Below are positions 49,251 through 63,300 of a DNA stretch of 64,000 bases, one piece after another. This DNA comes from Cenococcum geophilum. Its lineage: Eukaryota. Both the position numbers and the translations under genes were made by a program. The notes beneath the pieces were generated by a model. It was not told the DNA's origin. It was given only the letters and a program-made list of their open reading frames with translations, and searched no databases. The stretch's first letter is position 1, and each line of letters starts with the position of its first letter. The stretch is from contig CP158636.1 of NCBI GenBank assembly GCA_050273025.1, positions 2,666,001-2,730,000 of the forward strand, read 5' to 3'.

Positions 49251-52200
49251 TGTTGGGAATAAAGGCAAACGGTCACCATATGAGGCATATTGCCGTCACG
49301 TGTGGCAAGTTGCCGTTACATACGGCAAGTTGCTATCACGTGCCGCCGCGGCACTAGCGTGGTAAGGAATCTTAAGTTCCTTACCCCTTTCTTTAAGAAA
49401 AAAAAGAATAATAATTATTATACTATCTACGAACCGTAGCTACGTGATATCCCCTTATAAGTCTAACACTAATTAGTAGTTAACTTTACTGTTATATTAT
49501 AGAGCAGCTAGGTATTCCACTAAGAAGAGACAAGCCACTATACCAGTGCTACTTATGCTAAAGGAAGCTGTCTTTTAAGGTTAGAACTAGTCCTAAACCT
49601 TAAATAGAACTCTTCTATAAATCTAAGGATCTAAAGGCCAGAACTAGTCCTAAGCCTTTCTAAGATTACGGATTCTTGCGTCTATTACGTAGAATAACAC
49701 GCTTTATAAGTCTTCGCGATTTAAGGCTAGAACTGGTCCTAAGCCCTATAATCGTAAATATATGTTACGAACGCGTACTAAACGACAATCCCTATACCAC
49801 TAATATTCCCTTCCTCCGAAGATATAACTATGGCCACTCTAAATAACTAAAGAGACTCCTTACTACTAGGGGTAGCTATATACGCGAAACTTATTAATAA
49901 AGATTAGGATATATTCACCTTTAATATAATAACCTATACCGTAAAATAAGTTAACGGCTTTCTCCTATACTATATTCTATTTTACTAAGATAGCTACTAC
50001 GCCGATTTACAGTTATGGGAATACTTTAGGGAGGATTTTATAGAATAGACCGCTGACACCTAGGCACTTAGTAATGTTAATATTATTTAGGATTTTTAAG
50101 ACTTTCTCTAAAGGAATGGGGTATATATTACTAAGGACAGTAACCCAATTACTAGTAATATTTATGCCGTTCTTACTAGTATAGAAGAACTAGTATGGAC
50201 GGAAGCTAAGATTATACGTTAACTACGGAAACCTAAAACTAACCTATATTCTTTAGAAGGCAACTTTAATTCGGAATAAAACCCCTAGAATACTACTCTT
50301 CCACTTAGAGGTGCTCTTCTACCTAAAGGTGCTCTTCCTCTACCTCTATTACCTCTAACTCCTCTATTCTAGCTAACTAATAAGCCTTTATTTTAAGAAG
50401 TCACGAATCTAATAAAGGTATATTTAGATAAAGAGAAGAAGTTTGGAGGAGAATTATACGATATACTTAGAGCAAAACTATAGGTCTTTTATAACTGCTA
50501 TAATAAGGTTAGAATTTAACGCTACTAGTTCCATTATGCTTTCTCTATTATATTAAAGGGACGGGCGGTAACGTTCTATTACGACTATATTATAGGTAAA
50601 AACTATAGCTTTAATATAATGCTTTAGCTTACTAGAGCCTACTTTAAAACTAATAAGAACCGCTAACTCTATATATCTAAATAGCGGGAGACTATATTCT
50701 AGAGAGTTATCGCTTCTAACCTAATAACGACTTACCTAGAGTGTCTTTAACTACTTTTTAATAAACTCTAGAAAATCTAATATAGTTTTACTAAAACTTA
50801 CTAAAATAAGAATAGTCTAAGGGACTAGGTTATCTTAGCATGCCGTAGCGTTCTTAAGTGTAACTTAGCGCTATATAAACCTATAGATATATTTAAAGGA
50901 GTATATGCCGAGCTACGCTCTGCTATAGGTACTGTAATACAAATATAAGAATCTTAACAGCTCTATACTAAAAGCCCTACCTAACTAAGCGTTCCTAACT
51001 AATATGATTATAACTGGACTAATTAAATATATAGCGGCCGTAGTAGGGAATACGGTAAAGGGTATAATTAATATCGACTATAAGGTAATTATGGAGGTCC
51101 TTATGGAGGTTCATTTCAAAGTAATTGCTAAAAGAAGTGCTACGTTTGTAAGAAGCTAAATTGCTAGTTAACTAGACACTCCCTTAATAAGCGAAAAGAG
51201 GTATATAATAAGTTCCGTTAGAGTATAAGAAATGTCGGAAATTATAAAGTTACTATAGCCTATTTCTAAAGCTTCCTAGTTTAATATAAAGGCGTAAAAG
51301 ACCTTAAGGGTAAGGTTAATAAGACCGAATAGCTCCTTATAGATATAGAAATTGAGGACTACTTACCTAACTAATACTTTACTAAGTATGGTAAGGTAAA
51401 TAGTATATAAACCGTTGCTGTTCTTAATAACCAATCTACGCTCTATTTTATTACAAAGTTAAATATCTTTAATAAGCTAAAGGAGAGCTCCGCGTTTTCC
51501 TTCGACGATAGATACTTAGTAAATATCTTCTATGGTATTATGCCGGATACTAGAGCCGTAGGAGTATCTATAGTAGGAGAACCTTAAGTTTGAGCCCTTT
51601 AGTAGCTTAATAGCTCTATTTAGATTAACTATTTAACGGTAGGCTAATACACAATTCGTTTTAGGAAAGGTACTATAATCTCTCTTGGTATAATTAGGGT
51701 TTAAACCCCCTTAGGGTATATTACTTTTTACGTTATTCCCATAAATACCCCGTTTTTATTTTGCATTAGAGATATAGATAAACTAGGCGTTAAGCTTAAT
51801 AACCTTAAGAATATGCTTATGTAGGGAGATAATTGGGTACCTATTATACGTAAGTAGGGTCACCCTTAGCTGCTCCTTTAACAACCAGAAAAGAGTATTA
51901 CTTAGAGCTATTTAACTAAGTTAAAGTTACGCCAACTATACCGTTATTTTAGTCACCTATTAGTTTACTGATTACTTAGGGTTCTTTAATAAGTAGGCCA
52001 TAAAGTTAAGGTTAAGGCAATTAAGCATCTTATAAAATACTGCTACCACTACTAAATAAACCAGAGGTCCCCTGGCCGATTCAAGTTCACCCTTAAAAAT
52101 AACTATAACTTTAACTTCTGTATTATCGTTGACGTTATATACCTTAGCGGCAAGCCAGTACTCTAAGTTATTAACTTCTTAACCTCCTTCCAAGCCGCAC

Positions 52201-55200
52201 GATTCTTAAAGGATATATTAGCCAGGAACGTATAGGATACCCTTTAGTTATACTAGATTAATATCTACCTAGGACCCCCTAATTAAATCGTCTATAATAT
52301 AGGAAAGAACTTCTTATCTATAGAGTTCCGATAATAAATAAAGGTAATGGTAATTAAGGTTAAGGAAGTCCCTGTTAAGGCATATAATAGTATTAAAAAA
52401 GTAGAGCGATATTACGCGCCATTACGCCGCGTATATAAGATTATCTCTTTAGAACTAAAGGACGCTAGCAAAAAACTTACCTTATAAATAGCTGTTAAAG
52501 CTATTAATAATTCCGCTAGCCCGGATGGACTTATACCTATATTACTAGTCTTTAGCGCCTACCTATAAATAACTGATGATTCTCTACTATCTCCCTCTAT
52601 TGTGTAACGAGCTAAGGCGATTTATAAGGCAATAAAGGAGGTACGACGCCTCTATGCTATATGTTAGGTTAATGACGCACTAGGAATAAGAAATGGCCTA
52701 AATACCTTAACTGCGCTTAATCTGCCACTCCAGTCTAAAGTATACGTATGGCGTAAAAGGGGAGGATGGTTAGGCCTATATTAACTTATTATAATTAATA
52801 GTTAAACTTGCACTATTTAGATACCTTACGGACCCACCTAATTCCATTTAACTGTTATTAAGCCTTACTACAAAGATAACAATTTTAAGCCTTTACAGGA
52901 TGCCCTAGAAGATGCCCTAGAAGAGAACCACGATTAATATACTCTAGAAGGCGACTACAATCCTAATATAATTATAGTAGATACGCCATAACTACGACGC
53001 GGTAAAGGTCGCCTAAAGGGATTATAAAATCACCAACACCTTATTAATTTTAAAGAACAATTTATTGCCGCCATTAAGAATAAAGTTAAGTTATTAATGG
53101 CCTTTATAACAGCTAAAGAGAAGGCTAACTTTAAGCTCGCAAAATAGCTCTAAAAGGAAGGTTGTATTATAACCCTAGGAGCTCCTTTCCAAGCATCTGA
53201 CAAGCAGGAGATTGACGGTCTTATTACAAGAGGAGTCTTTAAATTTAAGAAATATGACCCTATTAAGTTTAATAGAGTTCGCATCTTTAAGTTAAGAATA
53301 GTTAATAAGATTAAGGGTAAAGCTATTAATGCCCCATTTAAGAAATCAAGGCTTATTATCTAAGGTTATAACGATAATAGTAAAGAGATAATTCTTATAT
53401 AATCTCCCACAATTCAACAAGCTAGTTAGTGAGTTATTATTGTATTAGCTCCCTCCTTAATAAAGAATAGAATAGCAGTTTATTTATAAGATATCACTTA
53501 AGCCTATACCTAATTAGAGACGCACCTTTAGCGCTTAATATTAGCATACCTTCTAGAGCAAATTCGCCACCAGTATCCTAAAGACACGATTATAGTTGTG
53601 CTTAAGCCATTGTATAGAATCGCAGAGGCAGGAACTTACTAGTGGGCTACCTACAGCAAGCACTATAAAGAGAAGCTTTTAATAACTACTTCTATATTCA
53701 ATCCCTGCTTCCTTATTATAACCATAGGAACCCTATTTAGAATCGTTAGTATACAAACTAATAATATAATTATCTTGGGAGACGACCAATTCTCAGCTCT
53801 TAAAGAGGATGAGCTAGTAAAGGCAAATCTCATAGCAAAGCTAAAGGAAAAGCTTAACTTAATAACACCATTACTCTTTAATAGATGCATCCTCTCCCTA
53901 AATAAGGATTCTATTGCTTTGCGCTAGAAGGGTTAAGGTAAAAAGATTGACATTATTAATATTAATTCCCTAAAGCAAGGATATGTGGAGCAACGCGCTC
54001 GCGAAGCTTATATTGCTTCTATTTATTAACCCAAGGCTTTATTTAATCTCTCCGTTACCGCCTAACACTAGAAACTAACTAAGGATAACGTTCTTACCCT
54101 AAATAAACGTCTTTTTTGGTAAATAAACCATCTTAATTGGGGATTACTCTATATACCTATTAATCTTCCTACCGCTAAGCTCTTTATATTTGTTGATGAA
54201 TTATTTATAAATAATAAAGATTTTAGCTCCTAGTTGGGATATAAGATTATTATCACGAACGAATTTACTAGAGAGAATAACTTTATAATCTATAGCAATC
54301 TTATCTATTAGAGCTTAACTAAGAGCAAGCACGTTACCCAAAGTGTTTTAGCGTTAGAGATATATAAAATAGTTAGTGGAGTTAATATAGCAATTATAAT
54401 TGGAACTACCCTAAAGATAATTATAGATTAACTCGAACTTCCTATTATCCCTATAATCGTGTGCACTAATTTATTTTCCCTCTACAAGTATTTAGTTAAG
54501 CTCGGTACTACGAAGGAAAAGCGCCTTATAATTAATATTATAGCACTTTAGCAATCCTACGAGCGTTAAGAACTCTTTAAGATTTAATGGATTAATAGCT
54601 AAGATAACCTAGTAGATATAATAATAAAGGCGAACCCAAATAAGGCACTAGAGACATTTATTAATATAAATACTCTATGTGTACGAGTTAAAGGTTAGGT
54701 TAAAAGGGAGTCCCTAGAAATTTCTTAGTTATATAAGGTCTTAAGATATTTAGGAACTTTAACTAGCGGTTAAAGTTGTCTAATTAGTTAGATTCTGCAG
54801 ACCCTAACTTAAACTAGCCAATCAGGATTTTCCATCCCTGGGATGGAAAATCGCTATTAGCTCGCTTACCGCTAGCGCCTTAGCGGCCCTACTGATAAGA
54901 TACCTACCCATAACTTATAAGCAAGAAAGCACTACATACTAAGAGGCAAATTTTAGGATAGCGAGACTTATATTACAATAGCAATAGTAAGTAAGGAGGA
55001 TTAATTTTTGTTCCGCTAGTTAAGCGGTATATATATATAGATGGCAACCACAAAAGAAGAGTTGCCAGTATTAGGAATAAAGGTAAACGGTCACCATATG
55101 AGGCATATTGCCGTCACATATGGCAAGTTGCCGTTACGTGCGGCAAGTTGCCATCACATGCCGCCGCAGCACTAGCGTGGTAAGGAACCTTAAGTTCCTC

Positions 55201-55286
55201 ACCCCTTTCTTCAAGAAAAAAAAGAACAATAATCATCATACTATCTACGAACCGTAGCTATGTGATATCCCCTTATAAGTCCAACA
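49251..55286 (+). mobile_element. Ty1/Copia H (GalEa-like), full length, RIP-inactivated
   Basis: 218-bp LTRs 49251-49468 and 55069-55286; TSD GATAG / AATAG; KKCYVCKKLNC knuckle (~51135), PGRFKFTL (~52070), IN-RT-RH order; CTAATTAGT after the 5' LTR. Confidence 0.94.
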
Positions 55287-56043
55287 AATAGTATTACGGA
55301 CGCTTTAAGTACAATATTATAACTACTAAGAGAGAAGTTAGAAGAAGCTAGTTAATTAATTTAGGCACAGTCTAAAATAGAGCTAGTAGAACCATATAAT
55401 AAGGAATAGTAGCTAAGGTTATATAACATTATATATAGTATCCGAAGTATATAAGAGGAATATACGTATAATACGTATAATACGTACTTTATGTATAAAG
55501 GGGATTTCTTAGGAGTATGGTTGTATATATAAAGGACCACAGTTCCTACCTAAATAGTTCTCTCCTTTATAGTGAATCTCAGAATATAATTAGAGTTAAT
55601 CTATTAGGCGACCACTCCACTAGTTATTATTACGTTGTTGACTATTCTATACCTATATACCTAGCCTATTAATAAGTCCACCGTAGTTCCTGCTACAAGG
55701 CTTCGTTATAATTACCTTTATAATAAGCTTATATAAAATTAATTAAATAATTAAGAAAAAGGAAAGCAAGCTTAGTGGATAAAAAATTAAGCTTATAGAT
55801 AAGGAACTAGTAAAATAAAAGCTGCCCTATTAATACTAGAAATTTAAGAATATATTTTCTAAAGCAGTGTCTAATATACTTCTACTTTACTAATTATATA
55901 ACTATAAGATCGAAATTAAGTAGGGTAAGGAAAATATACTTAGCTTTAGCCCCCTTTATAAGCAGTTTATTACTAAATTATAGGCTATAAAGTAGTATTT
56001 TATTAATAACCTAAATAAGGGCTTTATTAAGCCTATATAAGCC

Positions 56044-57322
56044 TATTACAGCTCGTATAAATACCTCTAAACTAAAGCTTGTAGAATGCTGTATTACGAA
56101 GATACTAAGCTAAGGAGAAGAGGAGAGGTATATATAGGAGGTAGAGGCGTAATATATACGCATTATAACGCCAAGTCCTTAGCCAAACCCCTAACTAGGC
56201 TCTCTGTCCAGGCTACGCGTTACAGTGCTATAATATTACCCCCTCTTTAAAAGAAAGCCTGCCTTTAGGCTTTACTAGAAACGAAGTAAAACTAAAAAAA
56301 AGGAAATATAAGTGCGTTTAGACTAAGTATATAAGGCGACCGTAGGTTATATAGAAGCGCTAGAGTGAAAAGGGTAGCTATTAAAACTCTTAGTAAGGAT
56401 CTAGCTAATTAGAGAACTTTAACTAGCGGTCAAAGTTCCTAAATATCTAAAGGCCTTACGTAACGCGTAAATCTAGGTGGCCGTATATTATAGTAGGCTT
56501 TATTCCTTAGGCCTTAGGGCGTTCTTATCTCTATACTCTTCCGGTAACTTATTATCTTTATTATACTAATATTCCATCCACTCGTCTAGGTACTTTAGGG
56601 GTTTAGGTAAGTTAGGGTATTAATTATAGAACTTTTTAAGCTTTTAGGGACAGCCTATAAAGTTCTAAGCGGGGTACTAAGTTAAGTCTAGGTTATAGCC
56701 CTTCCATTAAACACAGTATTGTAGCGCTCCTTACACTAGCTTATATACTAGTATTTCCTTAACTTTCTATTTATTATCGCCACTAACTTAAATTAGTAGG
56801 GGAGGCTTATTCTTCTACTTAGGTAGTAAGTTACTTATAACTTTCTATAGCTTATCTAGTAAGAAAATAGGGTAAACTCTAATTAAATCCGGGAGCTTTA
56901 CCTTATATAAGTTGCCTACCTTCTCTAGGACCTTATATAGTCCTACTATTTAGTAGTCTAGCTTATGGCTAAGCCGCTCAGTCCTCCAATTCTTTATTAT
57001 AACCTAGACCCTATTACTAGGGGCAAAGTTAGATTCCCTATAGTGTTTATTTACCTACTATTTTATTAACCTTTAGGCTTTTTCTAAGTTTTTATAGGCT
57101 ACCGTCCAGGCCTCTTCTAAGCGTTTAGCGTACTGCTAGGCCTTACTATAAAATAGTTTCTTATATATAGTCTGGGGTTATTCTAGTCTTTTTTAGTTAA
57201 AGCTTATATAAAGTAAGTAGCCTATTTCTAGCTAAATAGGGGCAAACCTTATAGAGTTATAGGGTAGGGTTGCTTAGGTATAGTCTATTAGGGGGAGCAG
57301 TTTAGACTAGTTGTCCTAAAAG
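56044..57322 (-). mobile_element. Chromovirus I, 3' end (LTR 56044-56235, PPT, 3' UTR, chromodomain/integrase tail), interrupted by D3
   Basis: PPT AAAGAGGGGGTAA (minus) abuts the LTR; internal part is homologous to F 37040-37765. Only one LTR is in the window, so LTR limits are inferred. Confidence 0.8.
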
Positions 57323-60300
57323 TATTACGGACGCTTTAAGTACAATATTACAACTACTTAGAGAAGAGACGGAAGAAGCTAGTTGGTTAATCTAGGCACG
57401 GTCCAGAATGGAGCCGGTAGAATTATGTGACGAAGAATAGTAACCAAGGTTATATAATATGCTACGTATTAAACGAGAGGAATGGGAGGAACTTACGTAC
57501 CTTATATATAAGACGTATATTACGTATAAGAAGGATTTTATAGGAGTACGGTTGTGTATTTAAGGACCCTCGGTCCCTACCTAGATAGTTCCTTCCTTAT
57601 AGTAATTCTTAGAATATAATTAGAGTTAATCTATTAGGCAACCACTCCACTAGTTATTATTACTTTGTTAATTTTAACTTACTTTACCTATATACCTAGC
57701 CTATTAACGAGCCCACCGTAGTTCTTGCTATAAGGTTCTGTTATATAATTACTACCTAGTTATAGTAATAAGTATAGAAAGTCGAATAACATGCTACTAA
57801 AAGCAGCCACTATAACGCCATTAACGGCAGCAACTACTTTAAGGTTAGTTAACGACACTAGTATAGTAGATACTAACTTATAGCAACCTGTAACGGTCGG
57901 ACAACTATAAGAGATAGTTAACTAGTTAATAGAAAATAATGCGATATTAGAAAATAGGATTAACGGGATAGGCGTAGTAAAGGTTAAGTTACTATTGATT
58001 AAAAGGTACTTAGGAGAGAGATTAAAGCTTAAAGAATTTCTTATATAAATGCACTTTAAGGTAGCGCAGGAAGGAGTAAAGCTAGTAACACCTATGGATT
58101 AAATAGTATATACAGGACTATTCTTAACAGGAAAAGCACTTAAATGGTTTAAGCCTTACCTTATAGAAATATAAGCGAACGGTATAACGACTACTAACTA
58201 AGAGGTATAGTTTATGTTCTTAAGCTAGAATAGATTTGTAGAGTGACTTATATAAATATTCGAAGACCTAGAGGCAATAACTACGGTAGAAAGAAAACTC
58301 TAAGATATTACGTAATAAACCTTAGTAATTAAGTATATAACGCAGTTCTAGATGTTAGCGATATAAGTAGAGTGGAATAATAGGGCGCTTATGGCATAGT
58401 ATAAATAGGGACTTAAGGCTAAAGTCTAGGACGCAATTATCCTAATGGAAGATGCGGATACCCTAAGGGAACTAATAGATTAGGCGATTAAAATTAATAA
58501 TTGGATCTACTAAAGGGAACAGACTAAGAGAGGTTAGGATAGAGTTCTATAGTTATATAAGGTATAGAGTACGCAATAACAAAAGCTAAGTTAAAAACTA
58601 TGGTATAGCGTAGAGCTAATGGACCTAAGTGGTACTAAAGAAGCCTATAAGAGATGGAGTAAGAAACCGTGGAAACCTAGAGGATAAGGATTAAGTGATT
58701 AAAGGTCTAAGGAGTAGAGGCCGAATTAGGGATTTTAATAGTAGAAGACATTTAGGCGGACTTTATAGCAAGAGAAATGGTTTAAAGAGGGAGCTTATAT
58801 AAATTGCGGAAAACAGAGTTATTACGTTAGAGACTGTAGAAGTGGGTAGAGTTACTATATAGTAAAGGGTATAAGACTAGTAGACGATATATATGTATAG
58901 AAAGACGATAATGTGCTATAAGGAACAAAGGAATGTTTAATTAAAAGTTTTACGTTTTGTTATAATAACGTATGCCGAATTTATAAGGACGCTAAGTACG
59001 GTATAAGCTATTGGCTATAAGAGCTAGTACCTATAGGATGTAGAGGAACTAGTGAACTAGTTCGTAGATCGGACATTAAGGATAATGAATTTAACGTAGG
59101 CGAAATATTTTATAATAATAAGGTAATAAGGGCAGCTTACTAGGAGTAAGCAGACCTTAGAGATATTATACTAGAGGTAGAGAATAATTCTACTATAAAA
59201 TAGGGAACATTAGTAGGGATTAAAACCCCACTAGATATGATGTCTATCGCTTTATAAGACGTAAGAGAAGTAGGATAGTGAACTACTTTGGCACTTAATA
59301 AAGGTAAAAGGCCAAAAGCTTAAGATTCTTATAATGAGATGCGAGACGACTAAGATTCTTAAGATAAGATAAGGTAAGCTTAAGGACCTACAACGGACAA
59401 TAACCGATGGAGTAGAGCAATAGCTTAGTTTAGTAATATATAAATAAGCTTAGGACGAAGTTTCCTAAAGGCATAAGATTCTTAAGATGAGATGAGTGAG
59501 ATTTAAGACTCTTAAGATAAGATGAGAATACTAAGTAAGCCTAGTTGGACTAAGGCTAGAGTAAAGCTTAAGATAGAAGTAAGCTTAGGATTAAGAATCT
59601 AAAAGGGTTAAAAATTTGGAGTATGAATTAGGATACCTATAAGTAAGAGGCAAGGAGCTTCTTTATAGATTAGAGAATCTGTGGTATAAACAGTAATTAG
59701 ACTAGGAGACGAATATATAGACCTAGAAGATTTACTAGTAAAATATAGTGTTTAGACTAAAGATCGAAAAGTTAATACTAAGATTAAGAAGTATAAAGAC
59801 TTTAAGGATCTAAGCGTAAGGTATAAACTAAAAGAAACTATAGAAGAATTTAGGTAAAGAATTATTGTATAGTAAGAACAGAAACTAGATAAGAGATCTA
59901 GTATATTAGGACGTATAAAGGACAGAGCGCTAGTATAAAGAATTACTAATAGGCTTAGGGTAGGTATATTAAGAGCTAAGTAGCTTACTGAACTGGAAGA
60001 TAAGGAGGATCTAGGGATTCTAACTAGGTTTAAGGAACGACATATAAAGGGCTGTTATAACGTAGTAATAAAAAGATACTTTCTTACGGATAAGCCGTAT
60101 ATACTCTAGCAGCTATACTAAAAGTGGTATAGGCAAAGGCACAACGATAAGTGGGAAGATTTCTATATATAGTTAGATAAGAAAGTTATCTAGGACTACC
60201 TAATTATAGAAAAGGCTATAACTTATATTAAAGGAGCCTTAATTATAACGTTAAAGGATTTAGAGGAACGATTAGAGGACTAGAGAAGTGAGAGACGTAT

Positions 60301-63300
60301 TTTAGTACCTGTAAATAAAGTTATAATGTTTAGATTAGCATAATAAAGGTTTAAACTTAAGGATAAAGACGAGTTAAGAGTTAACCTAAAGTACCTAGTA
60401 TACTACACGTTATTATAGATTGCGTGCGTGGATAATATATATAAGATGTATAAGAATCTAAAGGAAAAGAATCGGAAATACCCTATAAGGATATACTAGA
60501 TAATAGATAAGCGATAGTATAGGAATGCTAAATATATATATGGATAGTATCCAGTAGAAGTTTAAGAGGAAGGAAGTTTAGTACTTTAACTAGGAAGATT
60601 CCTTACGGAAGAATACTTAGATAGATAATAGTAGTGGAAATACCTAGAGAATATGTGTCTATGGTATATTAAAGATAAAAAATGAACTAGGTATTGGCTG
60701 AAGAGCAAGCTAAGTACGTAAGGATTAAGTAGCTAATAGTTGGGAAAAGTAAAGGCCTACGGGACTAGAGGGAGCTAGTAGTAGAGCCTTAGACCCTTAA
60801 AGGAATTTAAGGACGACACCTAAATTTATAAATTAAATAGTAAGATTAGTAGTTTAAAGCGCTAATAGATAGTGGAGTAATAAGGAACTATATCTTATTA
60901 GTAGTAGTTAAGAGAATGGGATTACCTTATAGATAAAAGGAGGAACCTTACCTATTAGTTATGATTTTAGGAGATCTAATAGCCTATAGAGGAGGGATTA
61001 TTAATCTTAAAATAGGACCTATTTAGATAACTATTAAAGGAAGATAAATTAAGATGTCTTTTAATATCCTACCGTTAGGATGGGATGAGGCAGTATTAGG
61101 AATGCCTTAGTTATAGGAATATAATCTAAGGATTGATTAGATTATAGGTTAGATTAATATTAGAAATATTTAACGCCGTAAGATATAATAATAAGCTAAA
61201 TTGGTATAGTATTAAGTTAGAGCGATATATAAAGAGACTAAGTAAGGCTTAAGTTATGTACTAAAGAGATACTATAAGTATGGTAAGAAACTATAGTTAC
61301 TGGAAAGTAAAAAACTATTAGAGTATATAGTATAGGACTATAAGATAGAATTAGAACTAGGAATAAGTTTAAGGTTCTTTTTAATCTATAAGCTTACTAA
61401 AGAGGAAGGTAGAGTACTTAAAGAGTTTATTTAGGAAAATTTATAAAAGGGATATATTAAACTATCGTAGTTATTAGCGGGTTATCTAGTACTGTTTATA
61501 CTAAAGAAGAATAGTAAACTAAGACTGTGTATTAACTATAGATAGTTAAATAGTATTATTAGAAAGGATAGGTATCCTTTACCCTTAATTAGCGAAATTT
61601 AAGATAGGATAGGTAACGCATAAATCTTTACAAAGATAGATCTAAGATGGGCGTACTATTAGATTAGAATTAAGGAAGGTAATAAATAGAAGGCAGCCTT
61701 TAGGTTAAAGGAAGGACTATATAAACTATTAGTTATGCAATTTAGGCTTATAAATGCACTAGTAATATTCTAGAAGTATATTAACAATATATTAGGAGAA
61801 CACTTAGATGAATTTATTATAGTATACCTTGATAATATTATTATCTACTTAATAACTAAGGAAGAATATGGGGAATATGTTAAATGGGTTTTAAAGAGAC
61901 TATAAGAAGAATAGATGCTAGTAGTAATTAAGAAATGTGAGTTCTTTACTAGGAAGACTAATTTCGTTAAATTTATTATTAAACTAGGCTAACTTAGCAT
62001 AGATCTAAAGAAGATTGAGGCTATAGTGAATTGGTAAGAATTAGAGAATGTTACGTAATTAAGATTATTTCTAGGGTTTTGTAATTACTATAGAAGGTTT
62101 ATAGCGCAGTAGTTAAAGGATATTAAGCTATTTACGCGACTAATAAAGAAAGAAGAACTATGGGCATAGGGAGAGGAATAAAGAGAACTCTTTAAAAAAG
62201 TTAAAGAGTTGTTTACCTAGGAGCTAGTTCTTAAGATCTATTAACTAGGACTAGAGATGGTTATAAAGACGGATGTATTAGACTATATACTAGGGGCGTG
62301 CTTTATACAGAAATATTAAAATAGATAGTACCTAGTGGTATACTATAGTTGGAAGATAATACTATTAGAGTTAAACTATAACATCTATAATAAGGAGTTA
62401 TTAGGTATAGTTGCAGTATTAAAGAAATAAAGAGCATTCTTATAAGGTATGGAGAAACTATTTATAGTTAAGACAGATTATAAGAACCTAATAGGATTTT
62501 TAATAATAAAGGAACTTAACTAAAGATAGGTTAGATGGGTAGAGATGCTTATAAAATATTATTTTAAGATTTAGTATACTAAGGGTACAGATAATGCGCG
62601 GGTAGACGCTCTAAGCTATAAAGCTAAATTATAGAACGATGAAAAGCTATTAGGGGCTTTACTATAAAAAGATATAGATGGATTAATTAGGTGCAATTAT
62701 CCGAAAATCGCAGCAACTTAAGAAAATAATAAGTTAGAAAAAGTTTATAAGATACTAGAAAGCTTTTAGGTATAAAGAATTTTAAAAGTATAGCTAGAAG
62801 ATCTACAGATGGATATATACGAAAATTGAGAAGTAAAGTATATCCTAAGAAGTATAGCAGAGTAATTTATGGAAGAATTTTATAAGGGATTAACTTAAGG
62901 ACATAATGGAGCTATAGGCTTAGTGTTAAGACTCTAGAAGGAGTATATTATTAATAGAATCTAAAGGATAGCTAGGAAGGTTATAAAAGAGTATTTAGAT
63001 TGCTAAAGGAATAAACTAATAAGGTATAAGCTATATAGAGGGCTACAACCTATTAAAATACCAGAGAGACTATAGGAGGTTATATTATAGGACTTTATTA
63101 TTAAGTTACTAAAATTAAGAGATCCTATTACTAGATAAGATTATAACGTAATCTTAGTAATAGTGGATAAGCTTATAAAGTAGGGATACTTTATAGTATG
63201 CACAGAAGAAATCTTAGTGGAAGATGTTGCTAGAATCTATGTTAAAGAAGTGTTTATAAGATATAGAGTACTAAGTAAGATTATATTGGATAGGGATTTA

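Larger units (their letters stand above)
41739..55710 (+). mobile_element. Ty3/Gypsy chromovirus D2 (subfamily variant), full length, interrupted by Copia H
   Basis: 419-bp LTRs 41739-42157 and 55292-55710; TSD ATTAC (41734-38 / 55711-15); RT VYLDNI at ~46205; integrase; chromodomain ~48370-48490. Confidence 0.95.
39197..56043 (+). mobile_element. Gypsy G fragment (protease to start of RT) in three pieces: ~39197-39714, ~41540-41738, 55716-56043
   Basis: Protease-like IPLLITDLGSYNIILG at ~39315-39362 and RT-entry LP..Y..F.NIFSK...YNYKIEI...SPLY at ~55830-55960. Pieces rejoin across the LINE and D2 TSDs. Confidence 0.8.
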
